Shown here piece by piece: positions 40,592-55,700 of a stretch of 64,000 nt of DNA. Source of the stretch: Octopus vulgaris (taxonomy: Eukaryota); contig OX597837.1 in assembly GCA_951406725.2 (NCBI GenBank), positions 36,704,001-36,768,000 on the forward strand, given 5' to 3'. The position numbers were made by a program, and so were the translations under genes. The notes below the pieces were generated by a model that ran no database searches, was not told the origin of the DNA, and saw only the letters and a program-made list of their open reading frames with translations. Numbering within the stretch: position 1 is the stretch's first letter; every line of letters begins with the position of its first letter.

Positions 40592-43500
40592 ATGTATGAA
40601 AATGAGCAGTATGGAATGTGGATTCAGAGAATAGTGTAACTCCCTGTAAGCCTTTCTCATGGACTTGGCTATCAGTACACCTAGCAATCAATTACAAAGT
40701 TGTATATGTGTGTATATTTTGTGTTGAACTGTTGACATAACCATGATGTTCCTGACACCTTATGAGTTAGCTTTCTTTATTGCATTAATTAGTGAATATA
40801 TAATTGTATTGTATAATTTTGAGCATGCATGTTAATACAAACATGTATTTCATCCATATATATATATATATATATATATCATCATCATCATCATCGTTTA
40901 ACGTCCGCTTTCCATGCTACCATGGGTTGGACGATTTTGACTGAGGGCTGGTGAACCAGATGGCTGCACCAAGCTCCAATCTTGATCTGGCAGAGTTTCT
41001 ACAGCTGGATGCCCTTCCTATCGCCAACCACTCCTAGAGTGTAGTGGGTGCTTTTACGTGCCACCGGCACGGGGGCCAGTCAGGTGGTACTGGCAACGAC
41101 CTCGCTCAAATTTTTACACATGGGCCAGTCAGGCCGTACTGGCGACGACCTCACTCGAATTTTTTACACATGCCAATGGCACAGGTGCCAGTAAAGCGAT
41201 GCTGGTAAAGATCCCACTCGAATGGTGCCTCCTACATGCCACCGGCACGGAAGCCAGTTATAGATATATATATATATATAATGTATATGTGTGTCTTTCT
41301 GGCTTTCTGTTACGTTTGCCCTCACTACCACCTGACAACTGGTGTTGGTTTGTTTGCACCCCTGTAACTCAGTAGTTCAGCAAAAGAGATCAGACCACCA
41401 AAATAAGTAGCAGGCTTAAAGCATAAGTACCGAGGTCAATTTCTTTGACTAAAACCCTTCAAGGCAGTGCTCCAGCATGGCCACAGTCCAATAACTGAAA
41501 TAAAGGATAACAAGATAAGCTGCTTTTGTAATCCTTTTCCGTTGAGCTTGACTGTGTTTTATATTTTTCATTTTTGTTTGATCTAATCCCTTTAAATCCT
41601 CCTTAATACCATAACTGATCCCTAAACTCGTTCACTATATTGGACAGTGTTAATGTAATTCTGTAATTCTCAACTTTTTTTTTTTTTTTATCTCTGGATC
41701 CCTTGGATTCCTGCTTTACTCGGGTGGATGCCCTCAGCCATTTGATGTATAAAAAAAAAACCTATTTTTCTAATTAAATATTAATTAGGGATTGCGTAAA
41801 AAAAAATTGTTAGTGTTTTGTATATTGTAGAAATATGATTTCATCATCATCATCATTTAGCGTCCGCTTTCCATGCTAGCATGGGTTGGACGGCTCAACT
41901 GGGGTCTGTGAAGCTGGAAGGCTTCGTCGGGCCCAGTCAGATCTGGCAGTGTTTCTACGGCTGGATGCCCTTCCTAACGCCAACCACTCCATGAGTGTAG
42001 TGGGTGCTTTTTACGTGCCACCCGCACAGGTGCCAGACAGAGCTGGCAAACGGCCACGAACGGATGGTGCTTTTTATGTGCCACCGGCACGGGGCCAGGC
42101 GATGCTGGCAACGGACACGAACGGATGGTGCTTTTACGTGATGATGATATATTTGTGAAGGAACATGACCTAGTGGTTCGGGTATGGCACTCACTATCTG
42201 ACAATTGAGGGTTTCACTGCTGGACAGAGCAGCATATGGTGTTCTTGACTAAAACACCTCACTTCACGTTGGCCCAGTCCACTCAGCTGTAAATGGGTCA
42301 CGCCGCAACAAACCAGCCTCCTGGTGAGGGTGGGGGTGAAGTGGGGATGTTGGCCTGCTCAGCAAGTCAGTTGGGGGGAGCATTATTTGAAAGCTGAAAC
42401 AATGCAAAGCGCATTGTGAGCAGAGATGTGTAACAACATCTGAGAGTCTGGTCAATCACATCATTGCCATCATCATTTAATGTCCGTTGTCCATGCTGGC
42501 ATGGGTTGGACGGTCTGACCAGAGCTGGCAAGCTGCCCCAGACTCCAGGCTGTTTTGGCATGGTTTCTATGGTTGGATGCCCTTCCTAATGCCAACCACT
42601 TTATAGGGTGCGCTGGGCGCTTTTGATGTCATATGTGTGCTTTTACGTGGCGTCGCACAGGCACTCGTACGTGCCACTGCACATGTGCTTTTACATGGTG
42701 CGGCACCGGAGCTTTAACATGACGTCACGTGGGTGCTTTTACATGGCACTGAGATGTGTGTGTGTGAGAGAGAGAGAGGGAGGCAAACTCAGCTGTCATA
42801 CAATTTCTTATTTCTTTATTGCCCTCAAGGGGCTAAACACAGAGGGGACAATGGGATTAAGTCGATTACATCGACCCCAGTGCGTAACTGGTACTTAATT
42901 TATCGACTCCAAAAACATGAAAGGCAAAGGTGACCTCGGCGGAATTTGAACTCAGAACGTAACGGCAGACGAAATACCTATTTCTTTATTACCCACAAGG
43001 GGCTAAACATAGAAGGGACAAACAAGGACAGACATAGGTATTAAGTCGATTACATCGACCCCAGCGCGTAACTGGTACTTAATTTATCGACCCCGAAAGG
43101 ATGAAAGGCAAAGTCGACCTCGGCGGAATTTGAACTCAGAACGTAGCGGCAGACGAAATACCTATTTCTTTACTTACCCACAAGGGGCTAAACATAGAAG
43201 GGACAAACAAGGACAGACATAGGTATTAAGTCGATTACATCGACCCCAATACGTAACTGGTACTTAATTTATCGACCCCGAAAGGATGAAAGGCAAAGTC
43301 GACCTCGGCGGAATTTGAACTCTCAAAGTAACGACAGACGAAATACGTGTGCGCATTTCGCCCGGCATGCTAACGTTTCTGCCGACCAAGTTTCCCTCAT
43401 GTGGAACTGGTCAATCTGAGGCTGTAGCAGAATCTGCCTACTTTGAGGGCCACACAGCAGGAATTGAACCTGAAACCATATAAGTCGCAAAACAAACCAG

Positions 43501-43868
43501 CTAACCAATAACTGTACAAAGATGCAATTACATCGCAACGACAGCAGCAAGAACAAGCTTGAAAATAGGGAGGTTTTACATTCTTTGGGGGAGGAAAAGA
43601 AACTGTTCACAGAATGTCTGACATGTTGAAAGTAGCAGATGTTATAAAAATGATAAGGATCATCATAATGATGATGGTGATGATAATAATAATAATGATA
43701 ATAATAATAATTATATTAATGATGATGATGATAATAATAATAATTATATTAATGATGATGATGATGATGATAATAATAATAATTGTGATGATGATGATAA
43801 TAATAATAATAATTGTAATGATAATAATAATAATAATAATTGTAATAATAATAATAATAATAATAATT

Positions 43869-43905
<37 letters not shown>

Positions 43906-46900
43906 TGATAATGATAATAATTAATATTAATGATGATGATGATAATAATAATAATAATAATTGTAATGATAATAATAATAATAATAATAATAATTGTAAT
44001 GATAATAATAATAATAATAATTGTAATGATAATAATAATAATGATAGTAGTATAGTAATAGTAGTAGTAGTAATAGAAATAATGATAATTGTAGTAGCAG
44101 TAGTAATATGATAGCAGTAGTGGTAGTAGTAGTAATAGTGGTAGGGGTAGTTTTATCATTGTAGACAATAGCCTCAAGTTATCAACAAGTGAAACAACAA
44201 GAACAGGAAGAACGACTGTCATCATCATCATCGTCATTGTCATGATGAAGATATACCACTATCATAACCATCACTATGATCATCACTATCAACTTTATGA
44301 CCTCCCACTGCTGCCACCATCATCATAACAACCACCACCAACATCAACCTCACTGCTACCACCACCACCATCATAACAACCACCACCACCATCATAACAA
44401 CCACCACCAACATCACCACCACCCCCACCACTATCATCATTTCCCCCACCACCAGAAGCACCATCGTCGTTGCTATCACAACCACCACCAGCACCATCAT
44501 CATCACCACCACCATCATCATCACCACCACCACCTTCACCACCACCACCATCATCATCATCACCACCAGCACCTTCATCACCACCAGCACCATCATCATC
44601 ACCAGCACCATCATCATCACCAGCACCATCATCACCACCACCACCATCATCATCATCACCACCACCATCATCACCACCACCACCATCATCATCACCACCA
44701 CCATCATCACCACCACCACCATCATCATCATCATCACCACCACCATCATCACCACCATCATCACCACCACCACCACCATCATCATCACCACCACCAACAC
44801 CAACCTCACTACTACAACCACCACCACCATCATAACACTCACCCCCACCACTATCATCATCCCCACCATCATCATCATCACCACCATCACCACCACCACC
44901 ATCATCATCATCATCACCACCACCATCATCACCACCACCACAACCATTATCATCACCACCACCACCATCACCATCACAACCATCATCATGATCAACAGTG
45001 AAGTGATCCGACATTGGATTACTTCAAGATGTCAGGCATTTAACAACACGAAGCAGAAGGTTTGGTTCCGAGAGCTGCTCCCTCACCAACCCACATTCAC
45101 AAAATGGTGGTGGTGAGGAGGGGTAGGGAGCCCTCGCAGCATACCATCCAAGCATTCGACCCCACCCTCATCCTCACAGCCATCGTGTCTTAATGCCCCA
45201 CCCCTCTTCTAATTCCTCCAAGACCCCCCCACTTCTCTCTTTATGATGCAATTGTGAAAGTGGTGGGATGGCGGGGGTGGTGGTGTGAGGAGAGAGGTTC
45301 CTATAGAAATCTAGTTAACCCCTCCACACCCTGCTTTTTGCCCTTTCCCCTCAACCCCCCTTTAAACAGGGTGAATTGAGTCATTGACAGGATATTAGTG
45401 AAATATGTCTGTTATTAGGGAAAGGATGGTGGTGGTGGGTGTTGCTGAGAGAACAGGCTGAAGAGGGGGTGGTGCGAGAGAGAGAGAGAAAGAGAAAGTG
45501 GGGATGGGTGGGAGGAAGGAAAATGGCTATGAAGGAAATATAACATTTAATACCGTAAATCCTCGAGTATAATACTCTCTTTACTCTCTTTTACTTGTTT
45601 CAGTACTTGTGCTTTTATGTGCCACCACCACGAGGGCCAGTCAGGCAGTACTGGCAACGGCCACGCTCAAATGGTGTTTTTTTTTTACGTGCCACCTGCA
45701 CAGGAGCCAGTCCAGTGGCACTGGCAACGACCTCGCTCAAATGCTTTTTCACATGCCACCGGCACAGAAGCCAGTCAGCAGCTCTGGCAATGAGCACGCT
45801 CGCTCGGAGAGTGCTCTTAGCGTTCCACTGGCACGGGTGCCAGTCATCGAATTTGATTCGATTTATTTGTGTGTGTGTGTGTGTGTGTGTGTCATCATGT
45901 AGGCATGGGATGAACTTCCATGAATACTTGAAAATCATTTGACCCTTTAGCACTCACATTCTTCTGTCAGAAATAATGCTTATATATTCTCAGTTTTGTG
46001 TTAATCATACATTACATTGTACCTTCGAGATTTTGAAGAGGTAACTGTTAATTTTTTAGAATGACATTGTAAGGTTGGTGTGAGAGGCCAGATATGGCCA
46101 ATCTGAACACAAACCAGGTACAATGTTTGGGCCAGACATGGCTGGTTTTGAATTAATCCTGCATTATCTCATAGCTTTGAGATTTTGATGAAGTAACTGC
46201 TAATGTTTAGAATGACATTGTAGGGTTGGTGTGAGAGGCTGGATATGGCCAGTTTGAACATAGAACAGGTAGAATATTTCGGCTGGATATGGTTGGTTTA
46301 AATGCTAAGAGATTAAACCTGTTTGTAATTTTTTTCTTTCATTTGAAGATTTGTTACATTTAAAAAAAATAAATGTGCCCTTTTTAAAGCCTGGCCAGGC
46401 TCATGGTCCCAGTTTCCTGGTTTCTATGGCATATGTATGTGTTCCCCAGCTGCACGGGATGCCAGTCCATCGCAGCGTTACTCATTTTTGCCAGCTGAGT
46501 GGACTAGAGCAATGTGAAATGAAGTGTCTTGCTCAAGAACACAACGCGTCGCCCGATCCAGGAATCGAAACCACAATCTTACGATCATGATGCTGACACC
46601 CTAACCACTAAGCCACGTACTTCCACATTTGTTACATTTATATTCTACTAAGTAGGTTTACATATACACACACACATATATTCTGAAGTGGAGGTTCTTC
46701 CAAAGGATTTCTGGGGTTACGTTACTCGACAGGGTGCATAACTTGGGGATCAAGGAGTGTCTCTAAATTGAGCTGCTACTTCTCTGCATTGAGGGGTCAC
46801 AGTGTCAGTGCTATGGGCATGTGATTAGAATATCTCGAGGAAGAATCGAGGAAGAATCACGAGGGATTCTTCAAGCTGAGCCAACCGGCAGGGACCGAAG

Positions 46901-49900
46901 AGTGGACCAAGGATGAAAGGGTTGGATAATAACTACAGTCTCAGTTTATTAGGCTTGGGAATTCAACTCTGGATGGGTTAAATTGTTTGTTTTTGTTTTT
47001 TTAGTAGTTTAATGTATTTATTGTTTTTTTTAGTTTGTATTAATTGTTTTAATTAACTAATTGTATCATTTCTGATTCACTCCCTCCAACAGGGTAGCAA
47101 ACATGCTGAAAGACGGGATTTTACCGACTTGAAGGCTATGCAATCTAAAATCGAGGATTGTTATTATAATAATGTTATGCCAATATTTCTCAACTTCACC
47201 AGGTAAGTCCTTTCTCTATGACATCGGTAAGGTGTATGCAACACAGTTTGGGTGCACAGTAATCCCTTGACTATTGTAGGTGTTACATTCCAACGACCCC
47301 ATGCAATAGGCGAAAATCCACAAATTAGAAACAATACTGTACTGTGTATATCATCATCATTTAACGTCCACTCTCCATGCTAGCATGGGTTGGACGATTT
47401 GACTGAGGACTGGTGAACCAGATGGCTGCACCAAGCTCCAGTCTTGATCTGGCAGAGTTTCTACAGCTGGATGCCCTTCCTAACGCCAACCACTCCAAGA
47501 GTGTAGTGGGTGCTTTTACGTGCCAGTCCAGCAGCACTGGCAACGACCTTGCTCGAATATTTCACATGTCACCAGCACAGAACAACACCACAGAGGAATT
47601 GAAATAAGGTTATAAGCCATGCCATGGCTTATCATATTTCAGATAGAAAATGCCACTTATGCACTGAAGGAATTATTCAAATGATATAATCTAGGCACAA
47701 ATTACTGAATTCTAGGAGAGAAAGTATTTTAGCTTGTTGCCACTACTCAAAATATGACTTTAGAAAATTTAATTAATTGGGAGATTAATATTAAACTGAA
47801 AATTGTTAGTATAGGCATGCTACCACTATTCAGAATATGTCTTTGGAAATAAATATAGGGTGTTCAAAAAGTCTCTCCAGAGTAAGTATTTATTTGAAAA
47901 ATAAAATATTTCTAATATGGTATAAGACTACAAAGGCGGCGAGCTGGCAGAAACGTTAGCACTCCGGGCGAAATGCTTAGCGGTATTTCATCTGCCGCTA
48001 CGTTCTGAGTTCAAATTCCGACGAGGTCGACTTTGCCTTTCATCCTTTCAGGGTCGATTAAATAAGTACCAGTTACGCACTGGGGTCGATATAATCGACT
48101 TAATCTGTTTGTCTGTCCTTGTTTGTCCTCTCTGTGTTTAGCCCCTTGTGGGTAATAAAGAAATAGGTATAAGACTACAAAAGACTATATTAGACTTTAC
48201 AAGACTTTGAAAAACTTTATAAGAGGTGTTGAAAGTGTCATCCTTCATTTTCAATACATAAGTTGACTCTTCTATACATTTTGAAATACATCTTAGAGAG
48301 TCTGACATGGTATGGATCATGTGAAAAAAAATTCACTGCGGAGAGACTTTTTTGACCACCCTGTATTTATGAAAAATAACTAGTAATAATTTAACCCTTT
48401 CGTTACTGTATTTATTTTAAGATGCTCTGTGTTTCTTTCAATTATTTAAAATATAACAAAGAATTTAGTAAAATAGCTTAGTTATCATTCAGCTAGTGTT
48501 GGGAACATAAATTGCGACTAAGGTTTGGTGGTATATTTTGATGCAAAACTTATGAAAACAAGACATTTGTACTACAGAGCCAGAGCCGGTTTTGGCCGGG
48601 TTGGTAACGAAAGGGTTAAGCCTGTAACATATCAACATAAACTGGGTGGCTTGGGGAAGATGCATATTTTATTTGTAGAGATTAACCTTAATATAATGTT
48701 AGAAAATCTAATCAATTTATTAAATGGACTATAAATAGAGCCAAACATTAAACTATTATAATTTATTATAATTAACCTAGATATAATCTAGAATATTAAA
48801 TTCATTCCTCCGTGGTGTTGTTTTGCATTTATAATAAAATAAATATACAGTACTGTATATATCCCTTTCTGCTCTAGGTACAAGGCCTGAAATTTTGGGG
48901 GAGGGGGTCAGTCAATTAGATCGATGCCAGTACACAACTGGTACTTAATTTATCGACCCCGAAAGGATGAAAGACAGTCAACCTTGGCGGAATTTGAACT
49001 CAGAAAGTAAAGACAGACAAAATACCTCTGAGTATTTCACCCAGCACGCTAGCATTCCTGCCAGCTGGAAGGTTTTAATTTAGATCACTTTAACCCTTTT
49101 GTTACCATATTTGTATTGAAATACTCTGTCTTTGTTTCAATAAATTTTGAACACAAAGAAGAATTTAGTAAAATAACTTTGTTGTTAATACAGCAATGTT
49201 TGGGACATAATTTAACGTCACTTTGATGGAAGGTTTCAATTTTGATCACTTTAACCTTTTTTGTTGCAAGAAATCAGTTGAAATGCTCTGATTCTATTTC
49301 AATTAATTTGTAAAATAAATTGAATGTAATGGATTGTGTATTTCTTTGGAAATGTGGTCATGAAAGGGTTAAATTGTGTGTCTCATTCACTATTGGACAG
49401 TTTATATATATGTATGTATGTATATATACATGGAAAGCAAATGTTAAAGGATTTTGATATATAACAGGCTTCTTTCAGTTTCCATCTACCAAATCCACTC
49501 ACAAGGCTTTTGTCAGCCCGAGGCTATAGTAGAAGATACTTGCCCAAGGTGCCACACAGTGGGACTGAACCCAGAACCATCTGGTTAGGAAGCAAACTGC
49601 TTACTCCACAGCTAAGCCTATGCCACATTGATGACAGTCTTCCCAATTAAGCACAAATTCTCTGGCTGCCTTGCCACCCTCGACCATCCATTGTATTTAT
49701 TTTTGCCTGCCTCTTCAGCTACAACTTCCTACTCTTCCTTCCATGATAATGTTTCCCATTATTATGCTAATTAAAAGACGGAAAATAATTAACAGGAAAC
49801 ACACTCTGAGAAATTCTGAGATAATTAGCAAGTAATGTCGAACCATTGTTTATTCTTGAAGCCAGCTGTAAACCAGTGCCAAGCCGTGAGGGCTAGCAGA

Positions 49901-52551
49901 GCAATTTAGCCATTTTAATTGGTTCCGATTGTTAACCAAACTTAAATGCAGAATATCTAACTCCAGTAGTTTGGTAAACCATTTAACAAGATGTGAAAAA
50001 TACAAGACTTTTTCCTGCAACATATGGTCTCACAAGCTAATGGAGGAGAATCCCTGTGGTCTTTGAATCTGATCAATTAACAACCAAATTGGCTTGAATC
50101 ATTAATTTAAAAGACAAGACTAATTTTTTCTATCATGAACTTTTACTCTTTAGTATTTAACCCATTCTCATCAGACCCAAATATTCTACCTGTTTTATGG
50201 TCAAACTGGCCAGATCTAGCCTCTCACACCTACCCTACAATGTCATTTTAAAAATATAGTCCCATCATTGAAATCGCAAAGCTACAAGATATTAGGCCCA
50301 GAATATTCTACCTGTTCTATGGTCAAACTGGTCAGATCCAGCCTCTCACACCTACCCTACAATGTCATTCTAAAACCAAACAATCTGGTGCATTTCTAGC
50401 ATTTTCAGAGATACCAAAGAGAGCCAAAAGCTGTAACTTGATCTTATCAGTTTGTGAAGGCATAATTCCTGAACTGGGCTCTGTGTTGCGTTCTTGAGCA
50501 AGACACTTTATTTCACTTTGCTCCAGTTCACTCAGCTGTAGAAATGAGTTGCAACGTCACAGGTGCCAAGCTGTATCATGTCCTTTGCCTTTCCCTTGGA
50601 TAACATCGGTGGTGTGGAGAGGGGAGGCTGGTATGCATGGGAAACTGCTGGTCTTCCATAAACAACCTTGCTTAGACCTGTGCCTTAGAGGGTAACTTTC
50701 TAGGTGTAATCTCCTGACCATTGATAACCGAAAGGGGTCTTCTTTGTACCTTTCAGTGATATACTTTTATCTATATGTCTTTACATGTGTGTATTGTGTG
50801 CATGCATGCATATGTATGCATTTGTGTTTGTGTGGCCTTTTGTATTGACAAGTTTATGTTTGTACGTATATTTGTATGTGTATAAAGGAGAGCTCTGGAT
50901 ATAACTTTTATCATAGTTGTAGGCTTGAAAGCAATTAATCTAGTATGCTTCACTGGATGTGCAATGTCAGTGTGCATGTACATCAGAGTGTAAGCGTCTT
51001 GAGAGAAAAATCGGGCATAAGAGGAATCAGATGCAATGTGCAAGAGACAACTGTGTTGGTATGATTATGAGATGCATGTGGATGAGGACAGTTGTGTGAA
51101 GAAGTGCCAAACTCTGGAGGGAACCTCTGGAATGAGTAGACCCAAGAAGTCATGGAACAAGGTGATGAAGCATGATCTTCGAATGTTGGGCTTCACAGAG
51201 GCAAGGACAATTGACCGAGCACTTTGGTGATATTCCATGCTTGAGAAGACCTGTTATGCCAAGTGAAATCATAGTCATGTCCCAATGCCAGCGTCCCATA
51301 ACTGGCACCTGTGCTGGTGGCATGTAAAAAGTGCCCTTTGAACATTGGGCCTCGTGGAGGCAATGATGAGTGACCGAGACCTTTGGCGATCTGCCATGAA
51401 ATCATAGTCGATTCCATTGTCCTATAACTGGCATGTAAAAAACACCCATTACACTCTTGGAGTGGTTGGTGTCAGGAAGAGCATCCTGCTGTAGAAACCA
51501 TACCAGATTAGGTTGCAGCCGGTGTAGCTCCCCCCACCCACAGCTTACCAGTTTCTTATTTCTCTACTACCCAGAAAGGGCTACACACAGAGGGGACAAC
51601 AGAGGACAGACAAATGGATTAAGTCGATTACATCGACACCAGTGCGTAACTGGTACTTATTTAATAAGGCGGCCAGCTGGCAGAAACATTAGCACGCCGG
51701 GCGAAATGCTCAGCAGTATTTCGTCTGTCGCTACGTTCTGAGTTCAAATTCCGCCGAGGTTGATTTTTACTTTCATCCTTTTGGGGTCGATAAATTAAGT
51801 GCCAGTTACGCACTGGGGTCAATATAATCGACTTAATCCGTTTGCCTGTCTTTGTTTGTCCTCTCTGTGTTTAGCCCCCTATGGGTAGTAAAGAAATAGG
51901 TACTTATTTAATCGACCCCGAAAGGATGAAAAGCAAAGCCGACCTCAGCAGAATTTGAACTCAGAACGCAGCGGCAGACGAAACACCGCAAAGCATTTCG
52001 CCCGGCGTGCTAACGATTCTGCCAGCTCACCGCCTTTAAGTTTCAGTCAAACTGTCCAACCCATGCCTGCATGGAAAGCAGATGTTAAATGATGATTTTT
52101 TTTTGTTTTTTTTTTGTGAGATAACCCATTGTATAGAATCTGTCCGTGTGTGAATGCATGTATGTTTCACAATTTCTTTCTTGCCCCTTTCTCACTCCAT
52201 TTTCTTTCCTCTTTTTCTTCCCTCCTCCTCTTTCTGACCCTCTGTCATCTTTTTCCTTTCTTACCCGCAGTGAAACCCTCGGCTGGGTACCCACCTGGGG
52301 AGATTACCATCACCAGTTTATAGAATCCTACCTCAAGAGTTACGGACTGACATCTTTAGACCTGGAAGTCATGTATGGAGCATACCGAGAAGACAATCTT
52401 AACTGTAAGTTGCACCTCTTCACTGAATTCTCTCTCTCTCCCTTTCTTTCTCTCTCTCTTTCTTTCTTTCTCTCTCCTTCTTTCTTTCTCTCTCTCTTTC
52501 TTTCTTTCTCTCTCCTTCTTTCTTTCTCTCTCTCTTTCTTTCTCTCTCTCT

Positions 52552-52587
<36 letters not shown>

Positions 52588-52732
52588 TCTCTTTCTTTCT
52601 CTTTCTCTCTCTTTCTTTCTCTCTCTCTCTTTCTCTCTCTTTCTTTCTCTTTCTCTCTCTTTCTTTCTCTCTCTCTCTCTCTCTTTCTCTCTCTTTCTTT
52701 CTCTTTCTCTCTCTTTCTTTCTCTCTCTCTCT

Positions 52733-52763
<31 letters not shown>

Positions 52764-55700
52764 ATTCTTTCTCCCTTTCTTTCTCTCTCTCTCTTACTCT
52801 CTCTCTCTCTCTCCCTTTCTGTCTATCTGTCTCTCTCTCTCTCTCTCACTCTCTCTTTCTTTCTCTCTCTCACAGTAATCCCTAGAATATCACGGATGTT
52901 ATGTTCCAGTAACAGTATTTCTTTTGTATTATTTTCATTATTTGTATTACACTATTTTCTTTACTCAAGATACAGTGATTGCTTATAAGTTTTTTGTCTT
53001 TTTGTCTTCTCTCCTGAACACTTAATGTGGTTTTAGAGTCAGGTTTTGGCTGCTATTTCCAGCACGGCGGTACCTCTTAGATAGCCTAAATTATAATTTT
53101 AATAATAATTATTACCTTTGAAGGTTTTTATTCCCATGCTGGTTACATGATAAGATCGATATTTAAATTAACGATCTTATCCTAATTTATATAAATATAT
53201 ATATAATATAATATTAATTAGAGACAAAACCACTATTATGCAAATCAAACAAAGAAAGACTTAATCCAATACATAAAAAATTTTATATAAATTAAATATA
53301 ATTAAGATATCCACTACGATCGTTTCTTGTCACTTCTATGGACATTCATCAGGTGGTTTCAAGACCTTCTTTGCAAGTTTTATTGTCTCTAATTAATATT
53401 ATATTATATTTTACTATAAAATTGGATTCAATCATAAATCTGATTTTTCCCTGTAAATTTGGATTTATTCCCTAATATTTATTATTATTATAAATATATA
53501 TATATATAAAGAACTTGAGGTCAGTCCTTGTTTGTCCTCTCTGCATTTAGCCCCTTGTGGGTAGTAAAGAAATAGGTATTGTAGTGGTTCAGTCCCACAT
53601 CACCTCCAGACATCTTAATCCGTTTGTCTGCCATCCTTCAACCTAAATATGTCCCTGCTGGACAGGCAAGTAAGTATGTTAACTGAGGTACATTCGGCTG
53701 CTTGTTGAGCAGCAAAACACAGGTCCTTGGTTATATTTAATCTCACGCTATTTCTCCTTTCTTTTTCTCCTCTCTTCCAGCTTTGTTCCTTTACCGTTCT
53801 GATAGCTTCTTGGAATCTTTACCTCAAGAAGAAAAATGTGCATTTCCTCAGAAAATGGGCAAATCCGATGCTCTTGTGTCTGAAACATGTAACAAAATCA
53901 ATCAAAGATTTCCAGTAAGTACTCTCATTTTTATGCTATACTATGTGTGTAGGTGCATGGCTCAGTGGTTAGAGCGTCAGGCTCACAATCGTGAGGTAGT
54001 GAGTTCAATTCCCAGGCTGGACTGTGTGTTGTGTTCTTGAGCAAAAGACACTTTATTTTCATGTTGTTCCAGTTGTGATGTTATTGATGCCAAGCTGTAT
54101 CGGCCCCTTTGCCTTTCCTTTGGATAACATCGGTGGTGGGGAGAGCGGGAGGCTGGTATGCATAGGCGACTGCTGGTCTTCCTTAAAACAACTTTGCCCA
54201 GACTTGTTCCCTGGAGGGGAACTTTCTAGGTGCAATCCCATGGTCATTCATGACTGAAGGGAGTCTTTACCCTTTACCCTATGTACGTTATTGATGCCAA
54301 GCTGTATCGGCCCCTTTTCCTTTCCTTTGGATAACATCGGTGGTGTGGAGAGCGGGAGGCTGGTATGCATAGGCGGCTGCTGGTCTTCCTTAAAACAACT
54401 TTGCCCAGACTTGTGCCTCGGAGGGAAACTTTCTAGGTGCAATCCCATAGTCATTCATGTCTGAAGGGGGTCTTTACCCTTTACCCTATGTACGTATAAT
54501 GGTGTGGAGAGGAGGAGGCTGGCATGCATAGGCGACTGATGGTCTTCCTTAAAACAACTTTGCCCGGACTTGTGCCTCAGAGGGAAACATTCTAGGTGCA
54601 ATCCCATGGTCATTCATGACTGAAGGGGGTCTTTACCCTATACGCCATGTACATATAATGGTGTGGAGAGAGGAGGCTGGTATGCATGGACGACTACTGG
54701 GCTTCCATAAAACAGCCTTTCCCAGACTTGTGCTTCAGAGGGAAACTTTCTTGGTGCAATCCCATGGTCATTCTTGACCCAAGGGGGTCTCTCTCTGTTT
54801 GTATTGATGTATTTATATACGTATATATGTTAATGTTTTGTTGCGGCAGATGCTTCAGAATAAAATATTAGTTGCATGCAGAGTAGAATATGAAATTAAA
54901 TGACACTGGAATAGAATTTCATTAGCTTACAGTAGTTTCTGCCATAAGATGCAGTGCAGTCAGAGCTGAGTGTATATGCATCATCTTTTGGCTTCCTCAG
55001 AGCTATTCCTTTGTTATTGTTCATAACTAGAGACTCCATCACATTTATGTATTTCATATATATATATGGCACGTAAAAAGCACCATCCGATCATGGCCGT
55101 TGCCAGCCTTGCCTGGCCTCCGTGCCGGTGGCACGTAAAAAGCACCATACGATTGTGGCCGTTTGCCAGCCTTGTCTGGCACGTAAAAAGCACCCACTAC
55201 ACTCATGGAGTGGTTGGCGTTAGGAAGGGCATCCAGCCGTAGAAACATTGCCAGATCAGACTGGGCCTGGTGCAGCCTTCTGGCTTCTCAGACCCCAGTT
55301 GAACCATCCAACCCATGCCAGCATGGAAAGCGGATGCTAAACGATGATGATGATATATATATATATATATATAATCGTTGCTATTATGCAAAAGTGTCTT
55401 AAGTCCAAAATGTTGCTTTTCAGAGAACGAAAAAATAATTTCACCATTCCATAGCAAAACCTTTGTGTTACACTTTGACAATTTTTGAGATCCTTGGCAT
55501 CTGAGGCAGCTGGAGATACGATAGTTTGACCAAAAGAACCAGCTGTTGCAAGCAAAATAAAATATTGAAAAAAACACATTTGCCCAAATTTGAACATACA
55601 ACAGTTTAACATAATAGCAATGATATGTATTAAATGTATGCATGCTTGTATGTATGTGTTTGTGTGTATTATGTGTGTGTGTGTGTGTTTGCTTATTCAG

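Noticed and set aside
43614-45014. Poly-His/Pro/Ile/Tyr ORFs (also 10365-10911, 25201-25953, 52146-52988)
   Set aside because: Trinucleotide or CT microsatellites; only 52271-52404 within them is a real exon.
53952-54025. tRNA-like sequence (and other A/B-box heads)
   Set aside because: SINE heads continuing into repeat bodies; no full cloverleaf with acceptor stem.
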